58,106 bases of DNA from assembly GCA_005240065.1 (NCBI GenBank), contig SBBG01000024.1, positions 1-58,106 of the forward strand, written 5' to 3'. Made by a program: the position numbers and the translations under genes. The notes under the pieces are model-generated. The model had not been told where the DNA came from and made no database searches. It saw nothing but the letters and a program-made list of their open reading frames with translations. Positions 47,540 through 56,862 of this stretch are shown here, piece after piece (the stretch's first letter is position 1; the number at the start of each line of letters is the position of its first letter). This DNA is from Gammaproteobacteria bacterium (lineage in GTDB: Bacteria > Pseudomonadota > Gammaproteobacteria > Ga0077554 > Ga007554).

Positions 47540-47903
47540 ATACGACACCCACTCCCCGGCGCCGCAGCGGCAGGGCATACTGTCGCTCGCCATCAAAGAC
47601 AAGAACGCCTTGTATGCCTCCTATATGCCGTACGTGAAAAACGGCGGTCTGTTCATACCCACCAGCAAGCCCTACAGGATCGGCGACGAGGTGTTCATGC
47701 TGCTCACGCTGATGGACGAGACGGAAAAGATCCCCGTGGCCGGCCATGTGGTCTGGATCACCCCCAAAGGCGCGCAAAGCAACAAGATCGCCGGCATCGG
47801 CGTGCAATTCGGCAGCGACCAGGAAAGCGACACCGCGCGCAAGAAGATCGAAACCTACCTGGCGGGAGCACTGAAATCCGACCGGCCGACGCATACGATG
47901 TAA
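47532..47903 (+). CDS. pilZ: PilZ-domain protein (type IV pilus assembly PilZ type)
   Basis: ORF 123 aa. Conserved holB-pilZ-tatD synteny. Overlaps holB by 8 nt. Confidence 0.8.
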   Translation: MAEYDTHSPAPQRQGILSLAIKDKNALYASYMPYVKNGGLFIPTSKPYRIGDEVFMLLTLMDETEKIPVAGHVVWITPKGAQSNKIAGIGVQFGSDQESDTARKKIETYLAGALKSDRPTHTM

Positions 47904-48755
47904 ATGCAATTACAAACCCCAAGTTACAAATCGTTTTTACACGCCCCATACCCCGTGATCACTCTCGTCGACTCCCACTGCCACCTCGATTGCCTCGACC
48001 TTGCCGCCCTCGGCGGCGACATGAGCACGGTGATGCAAACCGCCCGCGAACAGGGCGTGCGGTATATGCTGTGCGTTTCCATCGACATGGAGCGTTATCC
48101 GGCCATGCTGGCGCTGGTGAAAGAGCATGACCATGTCTTCGCCTCGGTGGGGATGCACCCCAACGAACGCGAAGGGCGAGAGCCGACTCTTGCGGAGCTG
48201 GTGGCGCTGGCGCAGGACACCAAAGTCATCGCCATCGGAGAGACCGGCTTGGATTACTTCCGCAGCGACGGCGACCTGACATGGCAGCATGATCGCTTCC
48301 GCCGCCACATCACCGCCGCCAAAATCACCGGTAAACCACTGATCGTACACACCCGCGACGCGAAACAGGACACCCTGCGCCTGCTGCGCGAGGAAGGGGC
48401 CGATCAGGTCGGTGGCGTGATGCACTGCTTTACCGAGGACTGGGAAACCGCGCGGCAGGCACTGGAGCTGAACTTCCACATCTCGTTCTCGGGCATCGTC
48501 ACCTTCAACAGCGCCCGTGAATTGCGCGAAGTCGCCAAACACCTGCCCCTGGATCGCATGCTGGTCGAAACCGACTCGCCCTACCTCGCCCCCGTCCCCT
48601 ACCGCGGTAAGACCAACCAACCCGCCTATACCCGCCATGTGGCCGAGTGCATCGCTGCATTGCGCGGCGTGACTCTGGAAGAGATCGCCGAGGCGACCAC
48701 GGACAACTTTTTCAGACTTTTCAAACACGCCGCCCGTGGAACGATCGGCGGATAG
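47904..48755 (+). CDS. tatD: TatD-family metal-dependent deoxyribonuclease/hydrolase
   Basis: ORF 283 aa. Motifs LVDSHCHLD, GETGLDY, HTRDA, ETDSPYL. GTG 47955 is an alternative start. Confidence 0.85.
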   Translation: MQLQTPSYKSFLHAPYPVITLVDSHCHLDCLDLAALGGDMSTVMQTAREQGVRYMLCVSIDMERYPAMLALVKEHDHVFASVGMHPNEREGREPTLAELVALAQDTKVIAIGETGLDYFRSDGDLTWQHDRFRRHITAAKITGKPLIVHTRDAKQDTLRLLREEGADQVGGVMHCFTEDWETARQALELNFHISFSGIVTFNSARELREVAKHLPLDRMLVETDSPYLAPVPYRGKTNQPAYTRHVAECIAALRGVTLEEIAEATTDNFFRLFKHAARGTIGG

Positions 48756-48761
48756 AAGTTT

Positions 48762-48811
48762 CGTAGGGTGCGTCTCACGCACCGCACGGATGGTGCGCAC
48801 GGCGCACCCTG
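48762..48811. repeat. REP-A inverted pair (convergent tatD / response-regulator spacer)
   Basis: GTAGGGTGCGTCTCACGCACC-GCACGGAT-GGTGCGCACGGCGCACCCTGC. Confidence 0.9.
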
Positions 48812-48856
48812 CACGCAGGAGAAAAGCTGGAAACGCAGATGAATTCGATTGCCGGG

Positions 48857-49501
48857 TTACATCACCAGACCATGCTTGATGGCATAGTGAATCATCTCCG
48901 CGCTGCTTTGCATGTTCATTTTCCGCAACACCCGGCCGCGATAGGTGCCGATTGTTTTTGGGCTTAAATTCAGTTCTTCGGCAATCTGGGCCGGGCTTCG
49001 GCCCAAGGCGATCTTGACGAGTATTTCCAGCTCACGGTTGGACAGCAGGTCATGCAGTGACTCGACCGACGCGGCGTCCAGCCCTCCGACCAGGCGTTCG
49101 GCGACATATTCGCTGATATATTTCTTGCCCTTGGCGACCTTATGAATGGCATTGACCAACTGCTCGGGCACGCTCTCCTTGCTCAAATAGCCCGCCGCGC
49201 CCGCCTTCAACACCCGCACGGCGTATTGATCCTCGGGATACATACTGAGCATCAGGACCGGCAGCTCCGGTTTTTCAATGCGCATCCGCTTCAATACTTC
49301 CAGGCCGCTCTTACCAGGCAGAGAGATGTCGAGCAATACGATATCCGCGCTATTGCTCCGCAGCCACTCGATCGCGGCGTGACCATCGGCCACCTCCCCC
49401 GCCACATGAATACCGCCCGCGTTCTCCACAATGCGCTTGATTCCTTCACGCACGATAGCGTGGTCTTCCACAATCAGAATGCGCACGATTTTATCTATCA
49501 C
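48857..49501 (-). CDS. NarL/FixJ-family response regulator
   Basis: ORF 214 aa. Receiver domain (IVLLDISLPGKSG) plus LuxR-type HTH (LSNRELEILVKIALGRSPAQIAEEL). Confidence 0.9.
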   Translation of the reverse strand: MIDKIVRILIVEDHAIVREGIKRIVENAGGIHVAGEVADGHAAIEWLRSNSADIVLLDISLPGKSGLEVLKRMRIEKPELPVLMLSMYPEDQYAVRVLKAGAAGYLSKESVPEQLVNAIHKVAKGKKYISEYVAERLVGGLDAASVESLHDLLSNRELEILVKIALGRSPAQIAEELNLSPKTIGTYRGRVLRKMNMQSSAEMIHYAIKHGLVM

Positions 49502-50670
49502 TTCGCCTTCCTCAATGGCATATAGAGGGTGATGGTCGTTCCCTGCCCTGTGGTGCTGCCAATGGCGAGCTCACCGCCATAAGACCTGGCGCGCTCGCGC
49601 ATGCCCATCACGCCCCAGGATTTCTCTTTCAGCATATCAGACGGGGTAATCCCCTTGCCATTGTCATTGATTTCCACCACTACCTCCTTGTCATCGGCCC
49701 TGACCTTGACATGGACCCGGGTGGCTTCGGCGTGGCGGGCGACATTGGTGAGCGCCTCCTGAAAAATGCGGAAAATGGCGCTGGCCTGATCGCGGTCCAT
49801 CGCCATGTCATCCACCTCCATGTCCAACTCACAGGGTATTCCCATTCTTTCCCGGCACGTTTGCGTCTGCCATTCAAGGGCCGCCCACAAACCGGCATTA
49901 TCGAGAATACTCGGCCGTAAATCGGTTGCGATCTTGCTCACAGCCTGCATGGCGACGTCGATCAGCGCGTTCGCCGCGGCCAGATGCTCGTTTCGTTTTT
50001 TGCTGGATCGCTCAGGCAGTTTGGCGCATAGCCCCAGATTCATCTTGATCGCCGTCAGCGTCGCACCCAATTCGTCGTGTATCTCACGCGCGATCCGGCT
50101 CCGCTCCTCCTCCCGGGCCGACAGCAAACGGGAAGACAGCTCGTGCAATTCCTCGTGGGAGACCTTCAATTCCTCGTAGGCGCGCTTCGTTTCGGTGATG
50201 TCGCTGCACATCATCAGCATGCCGGGATGTGCGTTTTTTTGGCCGGTGTTCGCGCAAACCCATATTTGGGCATTGTCCTTGCGGCGCATGCGGAATTCGA
50301 GCATTCCGGCGAAGCCGCCCTGCCCACTTACCTGGATCGATTGCGCCACTTTCCACGCATCGTCCTCGACGACAAACTCCAGAAGCGGGCGGCCAAGGAT
50401 TTCCTCTGGCGAATAACCGAGCATCTGCGCTCCGCGCCGGTTGACGTACTCGATCCGGCCGCCGGCATTGACCGTCCACACTCCTTCGTTCGCGGTTTCC
50501 AGGAGGCGCTGGTAACGCGCCTCGCTCTCGCGCAATGCCTCCTCCATTTTCCGTTGTCCGGGTTCCGGAGCGATCCCGGCGCCCTGCTCCGTCTGGACCT
50601 TTTTTTGCTGTTCCAACAGCTTGATTCGCCGAATCAGTTCGGCCCTGGTCATATAGTTGCTGGGGGTCAT
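49498..50670 (-). CDS. Cytoplasmic PAS-domain sensor histidine kinase (HisKA_3 type)
   Basis: ORF 390 aa, no TM segment. PAS region, H-box IAREIHDELGATL, N-box QEALTNVARHA. 4-nt overlap with the response-regulator gene. Confidence 0.85.
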   Translation of the reverse strand: MTPSNYMTRAELIRRIKLLEQQKKVQTEQGAGIAPEPGQRKMEEALRESEARYQRLLETANEGVWTVNAGGRIEYVNRRGAQMLGYSPEEILGRPLLEFVVEDDAWKVAQSIQVSGQGGFAGMLEFRMRRKDNAQIWVCANTGQKNAHPGMLMMCSDITETKRAYEELKVSHEELHELSSRLLSAREEERSRIAREIHDELGATLTAIKMNLGLCAKLPERSSKKRNEHLAAANALIDVAMQAVSKIATDLRPSILDNAGLWAALEWQTQTCRERMGIPCELDMEVDDMAMDRDQASAIFRIFQEALTNVARHAEATRVHVKVRADDKEVVVEINDNGKGITPSDMLKEKSWGVMGMRERARSYGGELAIGSTTGQGTTITLYMPLRKAK

Positions 50671-50941
50671 CGAGATTTATCTTTAGGGTGCCCTTTATCG
50701 CAATAGGGCTGGATATGGTAAACACATTGACGCTTGCCACACCACTTCCGCTCGACTTCACTTCGTGTAAGGAAAACCTTACATGAGATTACCAGCTTTA
50801 CCGATTATCCCGCCGCATGGCCGGTAACCATACTTGGTCATCGTATATCCTGATATTTTTCCGTGTTACACTTCAAACTTGCGCCAGATGAAGCGCCGCT
50901 TGCCGACTGTCAGCCCGGCAAGCGGAAAGGACGATTAGCCT

Positions 50942-51679
50942 ATGCTGCTCCAATCCATACCCATCAAGGTCAATCTGACCCACCTCAAGGAATCCTGCAC
51001 ATCATGCAGCCTGCATGAGCTCTGCCTGCCTTTCGGCATGAGACTCGACGATGTGGAGTTGCTGGACAAAATCACCGCCAACCGCAAATGCCGGCGCGGC
51101 GAGCGCCTGTATCACAGCGGTGAACCGTTTCAATCACTGTATGTGATAAAAAGCGGCTTCTTCAAGGTGTTCGACCTGGATGAAGAGGGAAAGGAAAAGA
51201 TCGTTGGCTTTTACATGCCGGGCGAGATTCTGGGCATGGAGGCGATCAACAAAAACCGCTTTCACTACAATGCCGTCGCCATGGAAGACGCCGCCGTCTG
51301 CGAGACCCCGTTCGGCGCCCTGGAAAAACTGAGCCATACCATCCCCGCCCTCTCTCACCAGTTTCACAAACTGATGAGCCGGGAGATCATGCAGGAACAT
51401 GAACACATCCTGCTGCTCGGCACAATGAGGGCACCCCAGCGTGTGGCGGCCTTTCTCCTCAACCTGTCGCGGCGCTTCGCGGCACGTGGCTATTCGCCCA
51501 CCCACTTCTACCTGCGCATGACCCGCGAGGAAATCGGCAACTATCTGGGGCTGACCCTGGAAACCATCAGCCGTCTCTTCGCCAAATTCCACGAAGACGG
51601 CCTCATCAGCGTGCACAGCCGCGACATCGAGATCCGGGATCTGGCAGGGCTGCAAAAACTGCTCGAACATCCCGCCTGA
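50942..51679 (+). CDS. fnr: FNR-type oxygen-sensing Crp/Fnr-family transcription factor
   Basis: ORF 245 aa. N-terminal C-x2-C-x5-C (CTSCSLHELC) plus a central Cys (AAVCETP). C-terminal HTH EEIGNYLGLTLETISR. Confidence 0.9.
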   Translation: MLLQSIPIKVNLTHLKESCTSCSLHELCLPFGMRLDDVELLDKITANRKCRRGERLYHSGEPFQSLYVIKSGFFKVFDLDEEGKEKIVGFYMPGEILGMEAINKNRFHYNAVAMEDAAVCETPFGALEKLSHTIPALSHQFHKLMSREIMQEHEHILLLGTMRAPQRVAAFLLNLSRRFAARGYSPTHFYLRMTREEIGNYLGLTLETISRLFAKFHEDGLISVHSRDIEIRDLAGLQKLLEHPA

Positions 51680-51701
51680 TCTGGGCAATGTACAAAAACC
51701 C

Positions 51702-51751
51702 GTAGGGTGCGTCTCACGCACCACGCGGATGGTGCGTGAGACGCACCCTAC
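51702..51751. repeat. REP-A inverted pair (convergent fnr / hsp20 spacer)
   Basis: GTAGGGTGCGTCTCACGCACC-ACGCGGAT-GGTGCGTGAGACGCACCCTAC. Confidence 0.9.
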
Positions 51752-51758
51752 GATCACA

Positions 51759-52193
51759 TCAAACTATCGGAAGCTTCTTGACCGCCGCCGCTGCTTTTTT
51801 GGGCAACGTCAGCGTGAGCACACCATCGGCGAATTTCGCCTGGCTTTCCGCTTCGTTGACATCCTGATCCAGCGTGAAGCTGCGATAGAGGCTGCCGTAA
51901 TAGCGCTCGCTGCGCACTACTTTTTCACCCTCTTTTTCCTCTTTTTCTTTCTTTACTTCGGCGGTAAGGGTCACCTTGTTGCCGCTGATCGTTACGTTGA
52001 TGTCCTCTTTTTTCACGCCCGGTAATTCCGCGCGTATCTTGTATGCCCTGTCATCCTCGGAAACATCCATGACGATCCGCGGCTTGGCCTTGATCTCGTA
52101 GCGCATCGGCCTGAAAAAGTCCTGCATGAAGTCCTCGAAGGCATTCTCGAAGGTCTTGATATCCAAGGGGTCGAAACGGGTAATGTTAGTCAT
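51759..52193 (-). CDS. Hsp20/alpha-crystallin-family small heat-shock protein
   Basis: ORF 51759..52235. ATG 52193 is preceded by GGAGGAG. ACD core AELPGVKKEDINVTISGNKVTLTAE. Confidence 0.9.
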   Translation of the reverse strand: MTNITRFDPLDIKTFENAFEDFMQDFFRPMRYEIKAKPRIVMDVSEDDRAYKIRAELPGVKKEDINVTISGNKVTLTAEVKKEKEEKEGEKVVRSERYYGSLYRSFTLDQDVNEAESQAKFADGVLTLTLPKKAAAAVKKLPIV

Positions 52194-52267
52194 GTCACTC
52201 CTCCATATCTGCAATGAATCCAATTCAAACCGCAAGATAATTATATCCCCTCCAAACAGCGGAAACC

Positions 52268-52281
52268 TTGATCTAGATCAA
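52268..52281. promoter_or_regulatory. Perfect FNR box TTGATCTAGATCAA shared by divergent hsp20 and 2-hydroxyacid dehydrogenase promoters
   Basis: Exact TTGAT-N4-ATCAA. A 22-nt spacer separates it from a minus-strand TATAAT (52245-52240). A 22-nt spacer also separates it from a plus-strand TATGCT (52304-52309). The centre is therefore at about -41.5 for both. Confidence 0.7.
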
Positions 52282-52345
52282 ACTATCCTGGAATTTTTAT
52301 GTGTATGCTTTTTACTGAAACTCAAGAATAGCGATCATATACGGC

Positions 52346-53371
52346 ATGACCGCGAACATCACTTTTTTTGACGTGACCGAGGACCAATACCTGCCACTGC
52401 GCAGGGCGCTTTATGCCTACCCCTTCTGGGAGGTGCGCCTGGTAGGCGAACCTCTCGGCCTGATGAACGCCGCTCTGGCGCAAAACAACGCGGTGATATC
52501 CATCGCGGCCGGAACGCCCGTCACCGCCGAACTCCTCTACAAGCTTCCCGCGCTGCGTCTGGTGGCGACACGTTCGTCCAATTGCGATCACATCGACCTC
52601 GATGCCGCGGCACAGCGCGGTGTGGCCGTTTGCCATGCGCCGGAAAACACCGGCCTTGCCTGCGCCGAGTATGCCTTCGGCCTGCTGATCGCCCTGATGC
52701 GGCGGCTGCCCGCCACGCTGCGGCGATGCCAGAGCGGCAATTTTTCCCGCGCCGGACTGACTGGAGAGGATTTGCAGGGCAAGGCGCTGGGACTGCTCGG
52801 CACGGATTCCTCCGCCGCTCACATGATGCGTTTTGCACATGCCTTCGGCATGCGTGTGATCGCCTGCGACCCGATATCGAACCCCGCGTCTCGCCAGGAT
52901 GACGGCATGGTCTATCTAGATGTGGAGGATTTTTTGCCCGAAGCGGACGCGCTCAGCATCCACCTGCCATATCATCGCGCAACCCATCACCTCCTCGACG
53001 AGACGCGGTTACGGATGCTGAAACCGGGATCCATGCTGATCAACGTCTCGCACGGCGGAATCATCGACAGCCGGGCTCTGGCGCGGCTGCAAGCGGAGGG
53101 GCACTTCGGCGGACTGGCGCTGGACTGTTTCGAAGGGGATACGATCTGGCTCAATGCCCAGGCTCCCCTGCCACGCGGGCTGCCACCCCATTACCTGGAA
53201 CAGGCGCTGCACAATTTCCAGTTGCAGTTGAGTGATAACGTCATCCTCACACCACACAATGCGAACAATTCCCACGAGTCGCTGAACCGCAGCATAGCAA
53301 CGACACTGGACAACATCGCGGCCTTTTTCGCGGGAAAACCGCGGAATCTGGCTACCACGCCGCCGGATTGA
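52346..53371 (+). CDS. D-isomer-specific 2-hydroxyacid dehydrogenase family protein (divergent)
   Basis: ORF 341 aa. The family fold is recognisable (VIACD, ALDCFEGD, LTPHNAN). The NAD fingerprint reads GTDSSA and the catalytic Arg position reads His (NVSHGGIID). Confidence 0.8.
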   Translation: MTANITFFDVTEDQYLPLRRALYAYPFWEVRLVGEPLGLMNAALAQNNAVISIAAGTPVTAELLYKLPALRLVATRSSNCDHIDLDAAAQRGVAVCHAPENTGLACAEYAFGLLIALMRRLPATLRRCQSGNFSRAGLTGEDLQGKALGLLGTDSSAAHMMRFAHAFGMRVIACDPISNPASRQDDGMVYLDVEDFLPEADALSIHLPYHRATHHLLDETRLRMLKPGSMLINVSHGGIIDSRALARLQAEGHFGGLALDCFEGDTIWLNAQAPLPRGLPPHYLEQALHNFQLQLSDNVILTPHNANNSHESLNRSIATTLDNIAAFFAGKPRNLATTPPD

Positions 53372-53575
53372 CGGCGGGACCTGCAATGTTTTTATGGCCA
53401 CCGAGCCCTTGGCCGGGAGGCGCATGGCGAAGGTGACGGAACGCAAGACCAAGATCGATTGGGCGCACTTTCTCCATGACATCACCAAACGGTATGCCGA
53501 CGCCGAGAAAATCACGCTGGTCATGGCCAACCTGAACACGCACAGCCCGGGGGCGCTCTTTGAGCGTTCTCACCG
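53370..53575 (+). pseudogene. IS630-family transposase internal fragment
   Basis: Frame of ORF 53394. GTCNVFMATEPLAGRRMAKVTERKTKIDWAHFLHDI...AEKITLVMANLNTHSPGAL matches the IS630 DDE region, with the catalytic Asp replaced (LVMDNLNTH becomes LVMANLNTH). Both N- and C-terminal parts of the transposase are missing. Confidence 0.65.
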
Positions 53576-53609
53576 GCCCGGCATGTATGAACACGCGTCA
53601 GCGCAAAAA

Positions 53610-54737
53610 TCACGTCACCACCAAATTATCCCGATGGATGAGCTCTGGTTCGTCCACGTAGCCCAGCAGCTCTTCGATCCGGTCGCTGGGCTGGCGCATG
53701 ATCTTGCGTGCTTCTTCGGCACTGTAATTCACCAAACCGCGGGCTATTTCCACGCCGTCCTCGCCGATGCAGGCGACGACATCGCCACGGCCGAAATTGC
53801 CCTCCACGGCCACCACCCCCACGGGCAGCAGGCTGCGGCCGGCCTCGCGCAGCACGCGCACCGCACCGGGGTCCAGCAGCAGACGGCCGCGCACCTGCAA
53901 CTGACCGGCCAGCCACTGTTTGCGGGCGGCCAGTGTCTCCTGGCCGGGCAGCAACAAGGTACCGGCTTTTTCTCCCTCGGCGATGCGCCGCAAAATACCC
54001 GCCTCGCGCCCATAGGCGATGACCGTGGCCGCGCCCGAGCGGGCGGCGCGGGCGGCGGCGCGAACCTTGGTCAGCATGCCGCCGCGCCCCAGGCTGCCCA
54101 CGCCACCAGCGCCGGCCATGAGTTCGAGTTGCGGATCGCCGGCACGCGCCTCGCTGATCAAGGGGGCGCCAGGATCTTTGCGCGGATCGCGTTCATACAT
54201 GCCGGGTTGATCGGTGAGCAGCACCAGCACATCGGCCTCGACCAGGTTGGTGACGAGTGCGCCGAGAGTATCGTTGTCGCCGAAGCGGATTTCCTCCACG
54301 GCCACGGTGTCGTTCTCGTTGATCACGGGCACTACGCCCAAAGCAAGCAGGGTACGCAAGGTGCTGCGCGCGTTGAGATAGCGCCGACGGTCGGCCAGGT
54401 CATCGTGGGTAAGCAGGATCTGCGCAGTACGGATGCCGTGGCGCTGGAAACAGGTCTCGTAGGTCTGCACCAGCCCCATCTGCCCCACCGCCGCCGCAGC
54501 CTGCAACTCGTGTAGCGCATGCGGACGGCGCTGCCAGCCCAGGCGCTTCATGCCCTCGGCCACGGCGCCAGAGGACACCAGCACGACTTCGATGCCCTGA
54601 TTGCGCAATGCGGCGATCTGTTCCGCCCAGGCGCCGATCAGTCCTTCGTCCAGCCCGCGGCCATTGTTGGTGAGCAGCGAGCTGCCGACCTTGACGACCC
54701 AGCGCCGGGATTGAGTGATTTGCTGTCGATTGTTCAT
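53610..54737 (-). CDS. proB: Glutamate 5-kinase
   Basis: ORF 375 aa. Contains [10 protein letters not shown] and a C-terminal PUA domain. Confidence 0.95.
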   Translation of the reverse strand: MNNRQQITQSRRWVVKVGSSLLTNNGRGLDEGLIGAWAEQIAALRNQGIEVVLVSSGAVAEGMKRLGWQRRPHALHELQAAAAVGQMGLVQTYETCFQRHGIRTAQILLTHDDLADRRRYLNARSTLRTLLALGVVPVINENDTVAVEEIRFGDNDTLGALVTNLVEADVLVLLTDQPGMYERDPRKDPGAPLISEARAGDPQLELMAGAGGVGSLGRGGMLTKVRAAARAARSGAATVIAYGREAGILRRIAEGEKAGTLLLPGQETLAARKQWLAGQLQVRGRLLLDPGAVRVLREAGRSLLPVGVVAVEGNFGRGDVVACIGEDGVEIARGLVNYSAEEARKIMRQPSDRIEELLGYVDEPELIHRDNLVVT

Positions 54738-54754
54738 GAAGTAACACGTTGGCA

Positions 54755-54812
54755 GTAGGGTGCGTCATACGCACCAAAAATAATAACGAACGGTGCGCAC
54801 GGCGCACCCTAC
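54755..54812. repeat. REP-A inverted pair (purT-proB spacer); the right unit contains the purT stop codon
   Basis: GTAGGGTGCGTCATACGCACC-N16-GGTGCGCACGGCGCACCCTAC. The purT TAG is at 54809-54811. Confidence 0.9.
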
Positions 54813-56008
54813 AATTTAACCGGCCTCACCTTGCTCGCCGCCAGCTTGGCGCGACTGCGCGCCTCGTCGATGGTCGCACCATTGGCCAGCGCCACACCCA
54901 TGCGGCGGCGCATGAAGGATTCTGGCTTGCCGAACAGGCGCAGTTCGCTCTGCGGCACGCGCAGCGCCTCGTCCACGCCTTCGAAGGCGATGCCCTTTTC
55001 TTCCATGCCGCCATAGATCACCGCGCTGGCGCCGGGGGCGCGCAGCGCGGTGGAGACCGGCAGGCCGAGGATGGCGCGCGCATGCAGCTCGAATTCGTTT
55101 TGCGCCTGGCTGATCATGGTGACCATGCCGGTGTCGTGCGGGCGGGGACTCACCTCGCTAAACCAGACCTGATGGCCCTTGACGAACAGTTCCACGCCGA
55201 AGATGCCGCGTCCCCCGAGGTTGTCCGTGACCGCCCCGGCGATCTGCTGCGCGCGCTTGAGCGCTTGCGGGCTCATCGGCTGCGGCTGCCAGCTTTCCAC
55301 GTAATCGCCCTTGACCTGGACATGGCCGATCGGCTCGCAGAAATGCGTTTCGGTCGCACCACCTTCGGCCAACGCGCGCACGGTCAGGAGGGTGATCTCG
55401 AAATCGAAGTCGATCATCTCTTCGACGATCACGCGCCCGCGATTCACCCGTCCGCCGCTCATCGCATAATCCCAGGCGCTGGCGGCATCTTCCGGCCCGT
55501 TCACGGTGGACTGGCCTTTGCCGGAAGAGGACATTACCGGCTTGACGATGCAGGGATAACCAATCGCACCGTCGATGGCCATCTTCAATTCGTTGAGGCT
55601 TTCGGCAAAGGCATAGCGCGACGTGGGCAGCTCCAGCGTCTCGGCCGCCAGACGGCGGATGCCCTCGCGGTTCATGGTGAGTTGCGCCGCGCGGGCCGTG
55701 GGAATGACCTCGGCCAATCCCTGTTGCTCTATTTGCACCAGCATATCGGTGGCGATGGCCTCGATCTCGGGCACGATGATATGCGGCCGTTCCTGCTCCA
55801 CCAGCGCGCGCAACGCCGCGCCGTCGGCCATGTCGATGACATGGGCGCGATGCGCCACCTGATGGCCCGGCGCATTGGGATAGCGGTCGACGGCGATCAC
55901 CTCCACGCCCAGACGCTGCAAGGCGATGATCACTTCCTTGCCCAGCTCGCCGCTGCCGAGCAGCATCACTCGCGTTGCGCCGGGACTCAAGGGTGTACCG
56001 ATTCTCAT
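54809..56008 (-). CDS. purT: Formate-dependent phosphoribosylglycinamide formyltransferase
   Basis: ORF 399 aa. Contains [13 protein letters not shown] and an ATP-grasp core. Confidence 0.95.
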   Translation of the reverse strand: MRIGTPLSPGATRVMLLGSGELGKEVIIALQRLGVEVIAVDRYPNAPGHQVAHRAHVIDMADGAALRALVEQERPHIIVPEIEAIATDMLVQIEQQGLAEVIPTARAAQLTMNREGIRRLAAETLELPTSRYAFAESLNELKMAIDGAIGYPCIVKPVMSSSGKGQSTVNGPEDAASAWDYAMSGGRVNRGRVIVEEMIDFDFEITLLTVRALAEGGATETHFCEPIGHVQVKGDYVESWQPQPMSPQALKRAQQIAGAVTDNLGGRGIFGVELFVKGHQVWFSEVSPRPHDTGMVTMISQAQNEFELHARAILGLPVSTALRAPGASAVIYGGMEEKGIAFEGVDEALRVPQSELRLFGKPESFMRRRMGVALANGATIDEARSRAKLAASKVRPVKL

Positions 56009-56310
56009 GCGTCCACTTCCTCGGGAGACTGGGCCAGCAGCGGATCGAGCTCACCGCGCCGGTTAAGCGCGTCCATGTCGTCGAACCCGCCGATGTGGCG
56101 ATCATTGATGAAGATCTGCGGTACGCTGCGCCGGCCGTGGGCGCGTTCGACCATGTGTTCCCAGGCCGCACGGTCCATACCAACGTTGTGCTCGGCGTAT
56201 GACGCCCCTTTCAGCTTGAGCAGCGCCTTGGCGCGCACGCAGTAGGGGCAGATCGGCGTGGTGTAGATTTCCACATGGGCGCGGACGGTATTCTGAATGG
56301 CGTTGTTCAT
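56005..56310 (-). CDS. grxC: Glutaredoxin
   Basis: ORF 56005..56361. ATG 56310. Active site [12 protein letters not shown] stop/start overlap with purT. Confidence 0.9.
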   Translation of the reverse strand: MNNAIQNTVRAHVEIYTTPICPYCVRAKALLKLKGASYAEHNVGMDRAAWEHMVERAHGRRSVPQIFINDRHIGGFDDMDALNRRGELDPLLAQSPEEVDA

Positions 56311-56504
56311 TAAAAATACTCTGCGGCAAGCCGCAGATTCCTTGAGTAATGGGGTTTCCAAAGGGGAGCAACGCAGTGCTCCCTTTTGGTCGTCCGTGAG
56401 GATACATGTCTCGCGGGCGATCTAAACAACTTTTCCGGCAAAATATTTCGTTACGATAGGCGTATAATACCAGCGAAATAGCGCCCCATAAAAGGAAAAG
56501 CATT

Positions 56505-56813
56505 GTGAAAAAAAACCAGACGTATGTCGGTATCGACAACGACGAATTCGGTGGTATGACCACTATCGGCGGCATCATCAAGGATGCCTGGGTGTTCGGC
56601 ATTCTGCCTGAAACCGAGACAGGCGGGGGCTGGAATCTGTCGCAGATCCAGATCGTCATGGACAAGGTCAATGCGGAATGGGACAAATACGGGCATCTGA
56701 TCAGCCTGTTGCCCGAGGACATCCGCCAGCGGCACGAGCGCATTCACGGCGAGGCGCTGCGCAAGGCGCGCGAGCAGGGATGGACACCGGAGTGGATGAA
56801 CGGCGAGGAATGA
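56505..56813 (+). CDS. Hypothetical protein
   Basis: ORF 102 aa with a GTG start and AAGGA upstream. Its composition looks more protein-like than the overlapping antisense ORFs. A TATAAT lies at 56463-56468. No family recognised. Confidence 0.5.
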   Translation: MKKNQTYVGIDNDEFGGMTTIGGIIKDAWVFGILPETETGGGWNLSQIQIVMDKVNAEWDKYGHLISLLPEDIRQRHERIHGEALRKAREQGWTPEWMNGEE

Positions 56814-56862
56814 GGCGCGAGGGACGTTACAAGCCCCTCGCCGGACAAGCATCAGCGCTTCG

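Noticed and set aside
52194-52267. Sigma-32 heat-shock promoter or ROSE-type RNA thermometer for hsp20
   Set aside because: No CTTGAAA-N13-15-CCCCATNT arrangement is present. CTTGAGT occurs, but without a C-rich -10. I could not draw an anti-SD pairing in the roughly 40-nt predicted leader.
4749-54812. REP-A repeats as a possible CRISPR array
   Set aside because: The units occur as isolated inverted pairs tens of kb apart, not as direct repeats with regular spacers. No cas genes are present.
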